A stretch of 64,000 bases of DNA from Candidatus Kaiserbacteria bacterium. GTDB lineage: Bacteria; Patescibacteriota; Minisyncoccia; Phycocordibacterales; UBA2100. Every line of letters begins with the position of its first letter. The first letter of the stretch is position 1. The notes beneath the pieces are model-generated. The model ran no database searches. It worked only from the letters and a program-made list of their open reading frames with translations, and was not told the origin of the DNA. A program made the translations under genes and the position numbers. The stretch covers positions 5,006-69,005 of the forward strand of contig JALWOZ010000008.1 of NCBI GenBank assembly GCA_027083345.1, read 5' to 3'. Below, one piece after another: positions 28,292 through 38,037 of this stretch.

Positions 28292-28759
28292 TTACATTGA
28301 AGAAAAAGCACTCATACTCTCTCCTTGTTGTGTTCTATGTCGTACTTGCTCGCCAAAAACATTACAGTTAGGGTCTGTTGGAATAATAGAAGTATTACTT
28401 TCTATCTTTGGCTCAATAGGATTACGGGGTGGTGTGTTTGCAAGTTGCTCTGCCAAACTCTCTATCTGCTCATCTGTTATACTGGAAATATCCAGTATTA
28501 ACTCCTGCTCTGGTCGCTCTGGGTTGAGTATTACAGCCTTTGGTGGCTTTCTGTTCTCCATTCCACTCTCGCCATAACCTAATATCTCAAGTTCCTGTCT
28601 GACTAATGGGCTATTAAAGACCTTGTGTGGCTGACGAACAACTGCATTACTATAACCTGCCTTACGTAGGGCATCTGCCTTACTCTTTCTACCGCCCTCA
28701 ATCCAAAGTTCTATCGCTCGTCTTTGAGGGTAGGATAACTGCTTACCTTTTGTACTCAT
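28292..28759 (-). CDS. Phage terminase small-subunit-like HTH protein
   Basis: LSYPQRRAIELWIEGGRKSKADALRKAGYSNAV matches the Terminase_2 pattern (L.kq..F...Y.....n...Aa..AGYS...A). Confidence 0.5.
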   Translation of the reverse strand: MSTKGKQLSYPQRRAIELWIEGGRKSKADALRKAGYSNAVVRQPHKVFNSPLVRQELEILGYGESGMENRKPPKAVILNPERPEQELILDISSITDEQIESLAEQLANTPPRNPIEPKIESNTSIIPTDPNCNVFGEQVRHRTQQGESMSAFSSM

Positions 28760-28857
28760 AGTGGTATTTTAGCATAAAAAGGTCTCTCCCGAGTGAGATT
28801 TTGCTACCTTTTGCTACCGTCTACTACCGACTAAAACGTATGTTTCCTATAATGAAG

Positions 28858-29754
28858 TTATTCTTTTGTACTAACCTCAATGACTTCATCTGGCTTTGTA
28901 ACCCCCTTATATACATCAATCAAAAACTTTTTTACACTTGAAAAAATATCTGGACTTATTTCTTCATCGCTTGTATGGTTATCCTTTATATTTTGCATTG
29001 GAGAAGAGTATAGATTGCTGACCGACTTTAAGATAAATGCCAACTTTTCTTTCTGTGTTTCAAGTTTTTGTTTTGAATAAGCATCGTCCAAAATCTCTTT
29101 ATATGCTTCAAAAGAGCGAGCAATCGCTGACTTAAATGTATATTCTTCTATAAGGTTACGAGTACGAGCATACTCACGGTTAAAAAACACAACAGCATAT
29201 ATAAGTGGAGAGGTGATGGCTATTTTTGTTAGAAAACTTAAATCATATATAGTTTGCGTCTCATAAACTTGCCACAGAACTATTACAGTGGTTACAAAAA
29301 CGAGAAATCCAGTTGCCTTTGTTAACTTTTTAAGCCATTCATCACGCTCTTTTGTTAGATTTTCCTGCACCACAGAAAATGTATGTGCAAGTTTTTCGTT
29401 TGACGCTTTTCCAAGTTGTGAGAGTGTCTCTTGTCGTAACTCATCGGTTTTTATTTGTAGTTCTTTTGTCTTATCTACAAGAGTTGCTGTACTTTTCTCT
29501 CTTTTGTCTAACTCTGCTTTAAGTGCTACAACTTGTTGTGTTAGGTCAGTTAACTTTTCTTCATCATCTGGGAGTTTAGTAAGAACAACGTCAAGTTTTT
29601 CCTTTTGCTCCGTTAAATCTTCTGCAAGTAGTTGTAACTTATTGCCCTCATCAACAAGTACAGACAAATCACCTAACTCTCCCAAGCGTAGTTCTATCTT
29701 TCTCAACATTTCTTCCAACTCCTTTTTGGTCATAATATGTCTATTGTACCACAA
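28858..29754 (-). CDS. Coiled-coil membrane protein, hypothetical
   Basis: Long heptad-like region (LEEMLRKIELRLGELG...), then two TM helices (FLVFVTTVIVLWQV / ITSPLIYAVVFF). Confidence 0.4.
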   Translation of the reverse strand: MWYNRHIMTKKELEEMLRKIELRLGELGDLSVLVDEGNKLQLLAEDLTEQKEKLDVVLTKLPDDEEKLTDLTQQVVALKAELDKREKSTATLVDKTKELQIKTDELRQETLSQLGKASNEKLAHTFSVVQENLTKERDEWLKKLTKATGFLVFVTTVIVLWQVYETQTIYDLSFLTKIAITSPLIYAVVFFNREYARTRNLIEEYTFKSAIARSFEAYKEILDDAYSKQKLETQKEKLAFILKSVSNLYSSPMQNIKDNHTSDEEISPDIFSSVKKFLIDVYKGVTKPDEVIEVSTKE

Positions 29755-29821
29755 AATGGCTATGTTTACAGTTTATTATCCAACAAGGAAACAGACGCTG
29801 ACTACTTATTTTATAGTTGAC

Positions 29822-30241
29822 TTACTTTAACAAAGTAGATTGCGTAATATCTTTAAGTTGTTGCTCATTCTTGCGTAAATCTATCTCAATAAGTTTATGC
29901 TCTGCATTATGAGTGTATAAAACCTCTTTTTCTTGAAGTGTTGCGTCATCATCTAGCCACAGGAAATCTCGTCCAAAATCTATACCTTCAGTTTTATGTT
30001 CACTCCATACAGTATGCTTATATCCGACAGTAAGTGCGTACACATCTTCTGGCAAGAAACGTTGTAGGTACTTCTGTAAGTGTGTTAAGTCGCCATCGTG
30101 GCAGTGAGTAGTGAGCCAATACACATCATAATCACTTGCATTAAGTGCTTGTAGAAACTCTTTGAGGTATGGTGCAGGAGTGCCAAGGTCGTGCAGACCG
30201 TCAAAGATGAGTGTTCCGTCAATATCAAGATAAATGTTCAT
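29822..30241 (-). CDS. HAD-superfamily hydrolase-like protein
   Basis: N-terminal IYLDIDGTL (HAD motif I, DxDGT); 139 aa. Confidence 0.45.
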   Translation of the reverse strand: MNIYLDIDGTLIFDGLHDLGTPAPYLKEFLQALNASDYDVYWLTTHCHDGDLTHLQKYLQRFLPEDVYALTVGYKHTVWSEHKTEGIDFGRDFLWLDDDATLQEKEVLYTHNAEHKLIEIDLRKNEQQLKDITQSTLLK

Positions 30242-30250
30242 ATTAGAGGC

Positions 30251-31783
30251 TTATTGGCATTCTGGACTTACTAAACCGCCTATATATACACCTGTTGTAG
30301 AAACACTCCTTGCTTTTTGCAGTGCACATTTCTGCTGAACGGTCTGGGTGTATGGTTCACAACGAGTATTGTAAGCCCTATTTTTCTTAAATATACTGTC
30401 ATTAGTTGTTGTATAGCACTTCACGGATTGTGTGCTTGGTATTGGCTGTGTAAAACTTTGTTCGGCTTGCCTTGTAATCATATTAAGACTTGCTTGCGTT
30501 GATTGAACTATACCTGAAAGGCGTGATATTCGCTCCAAATCGTCTAAAATATCCTCCTCTGCTCGTTTAGTGTGTGTTCCTATTGTCTCAAATACAAGGT
30601 TATCAACCTCAACTAACCTATCTGTGATTTTTGTAAAATCTTCTGTATATGAACCATTGTCGCCAAGTGTCATAGCCAACCTCATTCCACAGGTTAAATA
30701 CATTTTATTTTCTACCCATTCAGACGTATTCAACCCTATACACTCACGAAGTCTGTCTTGGTCTTCTGTGATAACTGAAACTACATCTTTTTTCTTTAAG
30801 GCATCTATAAAATACAAATCTACTGTCTCGTATAGGGAGTTTATATGACCAGTAAGATAATCACTGTCTGCAACAATACTATCTCTTCGTAGTTCAAGTA
30901 TATCCTTGTAACGACTTGGTACAGATAGAGAACTCTCAATGGCAACATTAGCCCACTGGTTCAACAAGTCTCTTGCGTGTGCAATATGTTTACCCCTATG
31001 TTCTTCTACCGTCTCTTTGAGAAGTAAGTAGTTCTTCTTATCTTCTTCAAGTAGCCCTACTAAAATCTCGGCTTTATCTATAAACTCTTGATGTTCAGTC
31101 TCGTAATCTCTCTCGGTATTTTTTTGATTTGTAACTGGTCTTATTTTATCAGAAAATGAGAACTTATTTGTTTTATTATTATCTTTTTTTACTGGTTCTA
31201 GTATGCGAAAATCTGAAGATGGTTTCTTTGGCTGATTTTGATTTGATACAGTCGGTTTAGTTTTGTTTTTGGGCGTTTGTACAGCGATTTTAATATCTGT
31301 CTCTATGTTTTGCATAAGAGAGCCATTTTTATCAACAGTGTAAAGTCGGTTGATTAAATCCATAGCCGTTTTATCTACTGTTCCAAAGTTATTTGGAGTT
31401 TGAAAATATCCATATTTACCAACTAATCTTGATACAGCCCAGTGTGTTGCCGACCCATAATAGCAAGTAACTGGTTTGTCAAAAACACCCTCTTTTTTCA
31501 GTATCTCTTGTAATGTGCACACATCATTACCTTTTGCACCCTGCTCCATAAAATGCACTACTGGACGTCTCTCAAAGTTCGTACTGTTAATCAACACGTC
31601 CTCTTCTGTACTGGTCGCAGTAGTTTCTACCAACTTGGTAGGTTGTATATTATTTCTGTCTTCTGTCTGTTTTGTAACATAATATCCACCAGTGCTAACA
31701 ACTGTAAGTACTAATACGGCGATAGCCAGTATTGGTATTTGTATAAAACCTTTTTTATTGTTTTGATTAAAACTCATAGTCAT
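30251..31783 (-). CDS. Membrane-anchored protein with peptidoglycan-binding (PG_binding_1) domain
   Basis: N-terminal TM; GAKGNDVCTLQEILKKEGVFDKPVTCYYGSATHWAVSRLVGKYGY matches the PG-binding domain pattern. Confidence 0.5.
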   Translation of the reverse strand: MTMSFNQNNKKGFIQIPILAIAVLVLTVVSTGGYYVTKQTEDRNNIQPTKLVETTATSTEEDVLINSTNFERRPVVHFMEQGAKGNDVCTLQEILKKEGVFDKPVTCYYGSATHWAVSRLVGKYGYFQTPNNFGTVDKTAMDLINRLYTVDKNGSLMQNIETDIKIAVQTPKNKTKPTVSNQNQPKKPSSDFRILEPVKKDNNKTNKFSFSDKIRPVTNQKNTERDYETEHQEFIDKAEILVGLLEEDKKNYLLLKETVEEHRGKHIAHARDLLNQWANVAIESSLSVPSRYKDILELRRDSIVADSDYLTGHINSLYETVDLYFIDALKKKDVVSVITEDQDRLRECIGLNTSEWVENKMYLTCGMRLAMTLGDNGSYTEDFTKITDRLVEVDNLVFETIGTHTKRAEEDILDDLERISRLSGIVQSTQASLNMITRQAEQSFTQPIPSTQSVKCYTTTNDSIFKKNRAYNTRCEPYTQTVQQKCALQKARSVSTTGVYIGGLVSPECQ

Positions 31784-32001
31784 TTAACTATGGCGTAGAC
31801 ATACAAAAAGCCCATCGCCAGAGGTGGACAGAAGCCCACTATGCAGGTTTCCCCACATAACCAGAAGAGCAGTCCCTGAACGACGGGTTCTTTACACTCT
31901 TCTGGTTTTTGCACCATACCTCTCAAATGAGAGGGTTAGGTACTCCATCTTGTTAGATGTTACCATTATTCTAACATAAGATTGCGATTTAACCTCACTC
32001 T

Positions 32002-32012
32002 GCGAGGGTTAT
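32002..32012 (+). promoter_or_regulatory. Extended -10 promoter (TGtTATAAT) for the KAP NTPase gene
   Basis: gggttaTGtTATAATggtttatt, ~17 nt upstream of the ATG at 32029. Confidence 0.4.
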
Positions 32013-32028
32013 GTTATAATGGTTTATT

Positions 32029-33285
32029 ATGAGTACATCTGGATTTGTTAAAGATAGAGAAATACTTGAAGAAACTCACAAGGTTGAGGATTTGTTGCAC
32101 TTCACTGACGAGATAATGCGACTTAAAGAGACAATAGACCGTATTCCATATTCAGCACTTATTGGATACATTGGCAAGTTTGGAACAGGTAAAAGTACGG
32201 CTATATATCAGTTAAGAAAAGCATACGAAGATGTTAGATGGTTTGAGTTTGATGCGTGGAAATATCCAGACAGAAAGGATTTATGGGAGGGTTTTGTACT
32301 AGATATTGCAGACCAACTTGGCGATAAGAAAAAGACCACAGGAAAGATAGATGGAAAAACTAGCACTAGTAAAACAGTCCGTGCAATAGCACAGATAGCA
32401 CAGTTTGCAGGAGTGGCGACAGGTCTTTCTTTTATAGCGGAGAAGTTTAGTTATTTGTTTGAGGGACAGCGAATAGAGCGAGTTTTTGAAATACAGGGAC
32501 TATTAAATGATATGTTATCTACCGTTACAGAAGATGAGATTTTTATTGTTGTTGAAGACATAGACCGTTCAGGTGATGCAGGTAAATACTTTTTGGAGAC
32601 ACTAAAACAGTTTGTTAAAAATAATACTTCTAAAAAGAGAATAGTTGTTATTGTGCCAATAGGAGAAGAAGTCTACGAGCAAGACATAGATTTACAAGCA
32701 TCTTACTATAAGTCATTAGACCATATACTGTATTTTGAACCTAAGAACACTGACTATTCTGGGTTTATAGATATGGTTTTTGATGAAAGTGTATTTCCAA
32801 AAGATTTTCAAAGCCAACCAAATGTTGCTGTTGAAGCAATATGGAAAGTACACCTTGAGGAATGGTTTCAACTTGCATCTGGCTCTTTAACAATACGTGA
32901 GATAAAGGCGACTATAAGAGAAGCAAATATCCATTACCGTAGATTGTACGCAGACGGTTATGAGCCTGACCCACGTATTATGTTAGCACTTACACTTTTG
33001 ACCAAGATTAAAACAGATGGAGGGAAACGTTGGATTTCAAAAATAAATACAAACAATCCTATACAAGGAAGTTGTCCTATTTATCCTTATTTACAGTCAG
33101 TTGCCAAAAATATGACACTAAACCAAACTTCTCAAAAGGGGTACGTACTTATGGATACTAAGTTTATTCAAGATAAGAGGTATACAATACCAGTTATAAA
33201 TAATGCCATTGGTATTTCAGAAAAAGATGTATCTTATATATTGTCAGATTTTTATCTAATACCATTTGGTATTATTCAAAGGTAA
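32029..33285 (+). CDS. KAP-family P-loop NTPase
   Basis: Walker A LIGYIGKFGTGKST. It is followed by FEFDAWKYPDRKDLWEGFVLDIADQL, the KAP-family signature (F.AW.Y.....LW..ll..i). Walker B-like IFIVVEDIDR. Confidence 0.6.
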   Translation: MSTSGFVKDREILEETHKVEDLLHFTDEIMRLKETIDRIPYSALIGYIGKFGTGKSTAIYQLRKAYEDVRWFEFDAWKYPDRKDLWEGFVLDIADQLGDKKKTTGKIDGKTSTSKTVRAIAQIAQFAGVATGLSFIAEKFSYLFEGQRIERVFEIQGLLNDMLSTVTEDEIFIVVEDIDRSGDAGKYFLETLKQFVKNNTSKKRIVVIVPIGEEVYEQDIDLQASYYKSLDHILYFEPKNTDYSGFIDMVFDESVFPKDFQSQPNVAVEAIWKVHLEEWFQLASGSLTIREIKATIREANIHYRRLYADGYEPDPRIMLALTLLTKIKTDGGKRWISKINTNNPIQGSCPIYPYLQSVAKNMTLNQTSQKGYVLMDTKFIQDKRYTIPVINNAIGISEKDVSYILSDFYLIPFGIIQR

Positions 33286-33474
33286 GCCACCAAAACATAC
33301 TCACTACTATTGTTCTACTCCCTGTTAGGTAAATACATCAAGAGATGATATGTAGTATTCTTCATATTTTAAGCCATTATACTGTAACTGGTATTGGTAT
33401 CTTGTATGTGTTGAAAACATAATCCCACCGTAGTACCATACTTTCTATGGTGTTCCATTGTAGGGACTGTATGT

Positions 33475-34185
33475 TCACAAATTGAAGTAATTCCACAAGA
33501 TGGCGTCTAGGTGGAGTGGTGGAATTTGTAACTCTTTTGCTATTTTGTTATAGAACTCTCTAACTTCTGTGATATTTTTTAAGCCTTTTGGCGCTAATTT
33601 AATAAGTCTGGAGTCAATGGGTGCTGATAACTCAAACGGATATTGTATAAATTTGCCATAAACTACTCTACCGGCATAGCCAAACATCTTGATGGCGAAG
33701 AGTATCGTCTTGTCTGTCACTCTCTGCCTCATTACGCTTGCCAAGCTCTCGGCTAGGCTGAGCATATCATTATAATACTCCCTCGCTTGCCCTCGCTCTA
33801 TGAACTCTGCATAAAACTCGCGGAGCTTCTCTACTCTCTTGAGTTTAACCTCTACTAGCCTCTTATTGCACACTGAGTTGGGTAAAAAAGCACTAAAGAA
33901 GGCAACAACATCGCCAAAAGAAGCTACAGTAGGCAACTCCTCAGCAACACACTCTGCAAACTCTTCCCAATAGTCCTCACCCTTGCCAGAGAGCTGATAG
34001 CACACTAGAGCATTAGTAATAACTAAAAACAAATAACTCTCCACCGCCAACCTGCCACTCACACCCAACCAAAGACTCCTTAACGCCAAAAACTGTCTAT
34101 CATTGCTCTCTGTTTTTAACACTTGTGTAAATGTAATGTCGTGCAAATTATATTGCTTAATAAATTCTCCATAATCCATAAACAT
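33475..34185 (-). CDS. AGOG-like N-glycosylase/DNA lyase (tentative)
   Basis: DRQFLALRSLWLGVSGRL...GEDYWEEF... and KTILFAIKMFGYA resemble the archaeal 8-oxoG glycosylase (AGOG) family as I remember it. GC is visibly higher than in the core genes. Confidence 0.4.
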   Translation of the reverse strand: MFMDYGEFIKQYNLHDITFTQVLKTESNDRQFLALRSLWLGVSGRLAVESYLFLVITNALVCYQLSGKGEDYWEEFAECVAEELPTVASFGDVVAFFSAFLPNSVCNKRLVEVKLKRVEKLREFYAEFIERGQAREYYNDMLSLAESLASVMRQRVTDKTILFAIKMFGYAGRVVYGKFIQYPFELSAPIDSRLIKLAPKGLKNITEVREFYNKIAKELQIPPLHLDAILWNYFNL

Positions 34186-34215
34186 CTTATATCACCAACA
34201 TGCTTATAGAGACAA

Positions 34216-35565
34216 TTAATTTAATGTCTGTATATCTTTTGCATACTGATCTCTATAACGCATTGTCTTGTCTCCATACCACCAATATTCGCTCTTCTCT
34301 GCATTGCGCCAGCCAGCCAAATATCTCACAGCAGCCTTGTGCTCTGCTTTGCGTGTACCTTTGTCTGCACCATTATCCATCATCAAAAGAGCTGTAGCAA
34401 ACACAGCCGTACGAGGATCCCAAGGATTTGGCGGATTCTGCCCACTTATACGAGCCACTCTATCTTTATACAAAACCCAAGTAGAGGGTATAAACTGAGC
34501 CGGCCCCATAGCACCACCATAACCATAACCACATTTATTACCCGGCCCAACTGCCTTACGTCTGGCAGCAGAACATGGTCTGGCAGAGACAGGCATCTTG
34601 TCTGGATCAAGACCCAACTCGGCTACTATTTGTTTAAATATTGGTACATCTCTGGTTGGGTGCATGTCCTCATCCCACTTGCCCACCCCCAAAGTCTTGC
34701 CCAAATTAGTCTCTACTGTAAGTATAGCCAATATAAGAGCGGGATTTACCCCTGTAGCTTTACCTGCTTCTTTAGCATAACCGAGCATAGTCCCAAATGA
34801 CACATCTGCCCCATTGGAGTCTCTAAGTGCAAACAACCTCGCACGTATCTCTGCTACGGTCTTCTCTTTACTCTTTATAGTATTTTGATACTCTTCCTCT
34901 TTATTTTTAACTTTACTAATTAATTCTTCCTTCCTCTTTTTATCGGCTATCACATCTTGCCGTTGCCTCTCTTGCAAAATCTTTAACTCTTCTTGATCTC
35001 TACGAGCTGTGGCGAGCTTCTCTTGCTCACTACGGAGACCTTGTTGAGTTTGAGATATCTCTTTAAAAGATTTATTTAAAGCTTCTTTTAAAGTACTAAA
35101 TCTATCTATATCCGTAAAAGCCTCTGAGAATGAGCTACCTCCCAATACGATCTCTACCATAGAGACTTCGTCATTCTCATTAGTCTTACGCAAAAGTTGA
35201 GATAAACTAGACTTCTCTCGCATTACCTTTTTGTCTAAGTCTATTATGGTAAGCTCTTTATCTTTTATCTTATAATTGAGACTTTTAATAGCTAGGGAGC
35301 GCTTACGGATATATAAATTAGCTTTCTCTATACTCCTTTTCAACTCGGCTGCTTCTCCTTCATAACCTTTTCTCTCATTCTTTTTGTTCATCAATTTTAT
35401 CCTATCTGCTTGTATCTCTAGCTCCTTTTGGACTATCTCATTTTTCAGTCTTGCACGCTCCGCCTCTATTTGTTGTTTAGTTAACTCTTTAGCATATAAC
35501 ACAACCGGTAAGAGACTCACTCCTACTAAGATAATAAATATATAAGTTTGTAACTTATGCCCCAT
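34216..35565 (-). CDS. Lytic transglycosylase (SLT_2 / MltB-like) with N-terminal signal anchor and long coiled-coil
   Basis: YGGAMGPAQFIPSTW, DPRTAVFATALLM and AGW match the MltB-family pattern GAMGQTQFMPSTW...ASAANYL...GW. The N-terminal ~250 aa are predicted coiled-coil. Confidence 0.6.
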   Translation of the reverse strand: MGHKLQTYIFIILVGVSLLPVVLYAKELTKQQIEAERARLKNEIVQKELEIQADRIKLMNKKNERKGYEGEAAELKRSIEKANLYIRKRSLAIKSLNYKIKDKELTIIDLDKKVMREKSSLSQLLRKTNENDEVSMVEIVLGGSSFSEAFTDIDRFSTLKEALNKSFKEISQTQQGLRSEQEKLATARRDQEELKILQERQRQDVIADKKRKEELISKVKNKEEEYQNTIKSKEKTVAEIRARLFALRDSNGADVSFGTMLGYAKEAGKATGVNPALILAILTVETNLGKTLGVGKWDEDMHPTRDVPIFKQIVAELGLDPDKMPVSARPCSAARRKAVGPGNKCGYGYGGAMGPAQFIPSTWVLYKDRVARISGQNPPNPWDPRTAVFATALLMMDNGADKGTRKAEHKAAVRYLAGWRNAEKSEYWWYGDKTMRYRDQYAKDIQTLN

Positions 35566-35616
35566 AAAATTATATTTGACACTTTATTATATCATATATA
35601 GTGTATAATATTATTC

Positions 35617-36795
35617 ATGTTAATAGCACACTCAATATTACCAAGAGGAGCAAGAGGGGCTTTATATATACTAAATCTAATACTCAGTGTACACATAGCA
35701 TTAATTGTATATTTTAATTCTAATTTATTAGACAGCAGAGGAGTACCTAAAGACCTTCTTGGCATCTTGTTTATGTTTGGGTCTATGCTGAGTCTCCTGT
35801 TCTACTATCTCTCCACCCTAGTGTTACGCTATATAGGTGTATATAAAATGATAATATATTTAACTGTATTAGAATTCTTATTGTTTTTAGGAGTTGGATT
35901 TATCACGTATTCTCCAGTGTTTATATTGTTATTTGTAATGTCATTAGCACTCACAGTGCCTATCTTTTATAGTTTAGACATATTACTTGAAGCAAATACC
36001 AAAAATGAAAATAATACGGGAGATGGTCGCGGAGCTTTCTTAACTATGGGTAACATAGCTTATGTGGTGGCACCCTTCTCTGCTGGACTTATATTAAATG
36101 CCTATAACTTCTCTATCTTATACACCGTTGCGGCTTTTATTTTAATACCATTTTTATTCTTAATAAATAAATATTTCAAGAAGTTTAAAGATCCAGTATA
36201 TAAACAACTCAACTTTTTACCAACGATTAGGTCTCTACGTCAAGACTCAAACCTACGCAATATTTTCATAATACAATTTTTAATAAGAGTATTCTTCTCT
36301 TGGATGGTTATATATGTGCCGTTATACTTACATGACAACATAGGATTCTCCCTCTCAGCTATAGGTATAATCTTTTCTGTCATGATATTACCTTATATAT
36401 TACTAGAGTGGCCTCTTGGGCACTATGCAGACAAACGATATGGAGAGAAAGAATTTCTCATATCTGGTTTTTTAATTATTGCCTTTTCTACCTTTTATTT
36501 GTCTTTTATAACTACTGCCGATTTTGCTCTCTGGATGCTAATGCTATTTATAACCAGAATAGGCGCAGCAATTATAGAAGTGATGAACGAGACATACTTT
36601 TTTAAACATGTTAATAGCAGTAACTCAGATACTATAAGCGCCTTCCGTATGCTCTCACCAATAGCTTACATAGCTGGACCAGCAATAGGCTCATTGTTAA
36701 TACTAATAATACCAATACAATACATGTTAGGAGTATTAGGTATAATTATGCTGTCTGGAGTTATACCCACATCTAAGCTAGAAGATACCGTATAG
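35617..36795 (+). CDS. MFS-type transporter (polytopic membrane protein)
   Basis: ~11-12 predicted TM helices across 392 aa; no specific substrate motif. Confidence 0.5.
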   Translation: MLIAHSILPRGARGALYILNLILSVHIALIVYFNSNLLDSRGVPKDLLGILFMFGSMLSLLFYYLSTLVLRYIGVYKMIIYLTVLEFLLFLGVGFITYSPVFILLFVMSLALTVPIFYSLDILLEANTKNENNTGDGRGAFLTMGNIAYVVAPFSAGLILNAYNFSILYTVAAFILIPFLFLINKYFKKFKDPVYKQLNFLPTIRSLRQDSNLRNIFIIQFLIRVFFSWMVIYVPLYLHDNIGFSLSAIGIIFSVMILPYILLEWPLGHYADKRYGEKEFLISGFLIIAFSTFYLSFITTADFALWMLMLFITRIGAAIIEVMNETYFFKHVNSSNSDTISAFRMLSPIAYIAGPAIGSLLILIIPIQYMLGVLGIIMLSGVIPTSKLEDTV

Positions 36796-36808
36796 CGGGA
36801 AGTAGACT

Positions 36809-37456
36809 CTACTCTTGAGTAGATTCCGTAGCCTCATCAGACTTATCTTCACTACTCTCATCTGCCTCCTCACTCTCCGGCATAGCGTCTCCTACAGGAG
36901 CTGACAAATCCTCCTCTGTGGCCTCTGTAACTGAGGCTACTGCATCTGTTGCATCTAATGTAGTAGTGGCACTCTCGGGCAATTTTAGATCAGCTATTGT
37001 TATTGTGCTAGACAAATCAACCAACTTTGTTAAATCTACCTCTATGTATTGCGGTAACTCGCTAGGACGCACCTCCATCTCTATCTCGTGCATCGCTTTG
37101 TTTACGTTGCCACCCAACTTCTCTGCGGGAGCCTCACCCACAAACTCAAGAGGTACGCTTACAGTCAATTTTTTACCTCTCTCAAAGACATAAAAGTCTA
37201 CATGCACGGCATCATCGGTAAGAGGGTGCCATTGTACAGTCTTAATTAGAGCCTCTTTGTCGTCTCCAACTCCTTTAAGAATAACTATGGTACTCTCTCC
37301 AGCCTCTTTCCAAATTCTATAAAACTCACTAGCGTTTAATGTAATAGGAGTAGACTCCTCTTGAGGACCATAAAACACAGCACTAATATACCCACTCTGC
37401 AGTTTAGATTTAGTCTCTCTTTCTTTTATGTTTACTGTTATTGTATTACTTGTCAT
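36809..37456 (-). CDS. rplY: 50S ribosomal protein L25 / general stress protein Ctc form
   Basis: ITVNIKERETKSKLQSGYISAVFYGPQEESTPITL...; the acidic C-terminal tail is typical of Ctc-type bL25. Start trimmed to the internal MTSNTI. Confidence 0.75.
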   Translation of the reverse strand: MTSNTITVNIKERETKSKLQSGYISAVFYGPQEESTPITLNASEFYRIWKEAGESTIVILKGVGDDKEALIKTVQWHPLTDDAVHVDFYVFERGKKLTVSVPLEFVGEAPAEKLGGNVNKAMHEIEMEVRPSELPQYIEVDLTKLVDLSSTITIADLKLPESATTTLDATDAVASVTEATEEDLSAPVGDAMPESEEADESSEDKSDEATESTQE

Positions 37457-37547
37457 TGCGCCGTAGTATATACAATAGTTGCACAATTGCAACTATTGTA
37501 ATGACACTGTATAATACCAAGTAATTAATAAATATAATTAAACTTTT

Positions 37548-37769
37548 ATGCTAGAGCGATTACTTAATCAATTTGGGCGCCCAAAACAATCTCCAGAAGA
37601 GTTAAGCTCAAAAATTAAAGAGCTAACAGATGACTCTAACGGGATATTAAATGACATAGACTCAGGTTTATCTAATTTGACAAATAAAGAGTTGGGAGAT
37701 CTAGCTACCGAACCAGAGATAGCAGACGTAATGGAAGCTGTAGGTAAAATAGCTAACAACCAAATATAA
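37548..37769 (+). CDS. Small hypothetical protein
   Basis: 73-aa acidic ORF upstream of infC. Confidence 0.3.
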   Translation: MLERLLNQFGRPKQSPEELSSKIKELTDDSNGILNDIDSGLSNLTNKELGDLATEPEIADVMEAVGKIANNQI

Positions 37770-37786
37770 GTAATTGGATTACGATT

Positions 37787-38011
37787 ATGAACTCAGATAT
37801 AGATACAAAAACTATAGCGAAAATAGTGGCACGAATACGAGTTGCTAGCGGCACCCCTGTAGATGAAGAGCAACTCTCAACTATACTAAGTAACTCTTTA
37901 CAACAACTAAAAGAGCAAGATGCAGAGAAATACCTTGATGTAATCAAAGACTTATCAAACAAGCTAGAGGCTATGGCTACCGAGATAGGCAAACTACAGA
38001 TGCAAAAATAA
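37787..38011 (+). CDS. Small hypothetical coiled-coil protein
   Basis: 74-aa ORF upstream of infC. Confidence 0.3.
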   Translation: MNSDIDTKTIAKIVARIRVASGTPVDEEQLSTILSNSLQQLKEQDAEKYLDVIKDLSNKLEAMATEIGKLQMQK

Positions 38012-38037
38012 GCATATTGTGCTAAACTATTCGCACA

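Larger units (their letters stand above)
25998..35565. mobile_element. Putative integrated element / prophage remnant at tRNA-Glu (serine-integrase-borne); right boundary uncertain
   Basis: tRNA plus abutting integrase, a terminase-small-like gene, cell-wall hydrolase-type cargo, a KAP NTPase, locally elevated GC, and the run of unrelated genes ending ~35565 before the MFS transporter gene. Confidence 0.5.

Noticed and set aside
35566-35616. Promoter-like TTGACA / TGTATAAT elements upstream of the MFS gene
   Set aside because: Spacing between the hexamers is ~22 nt and TG is not at the extended -10 position. AT-rich context makes chance matches likely.
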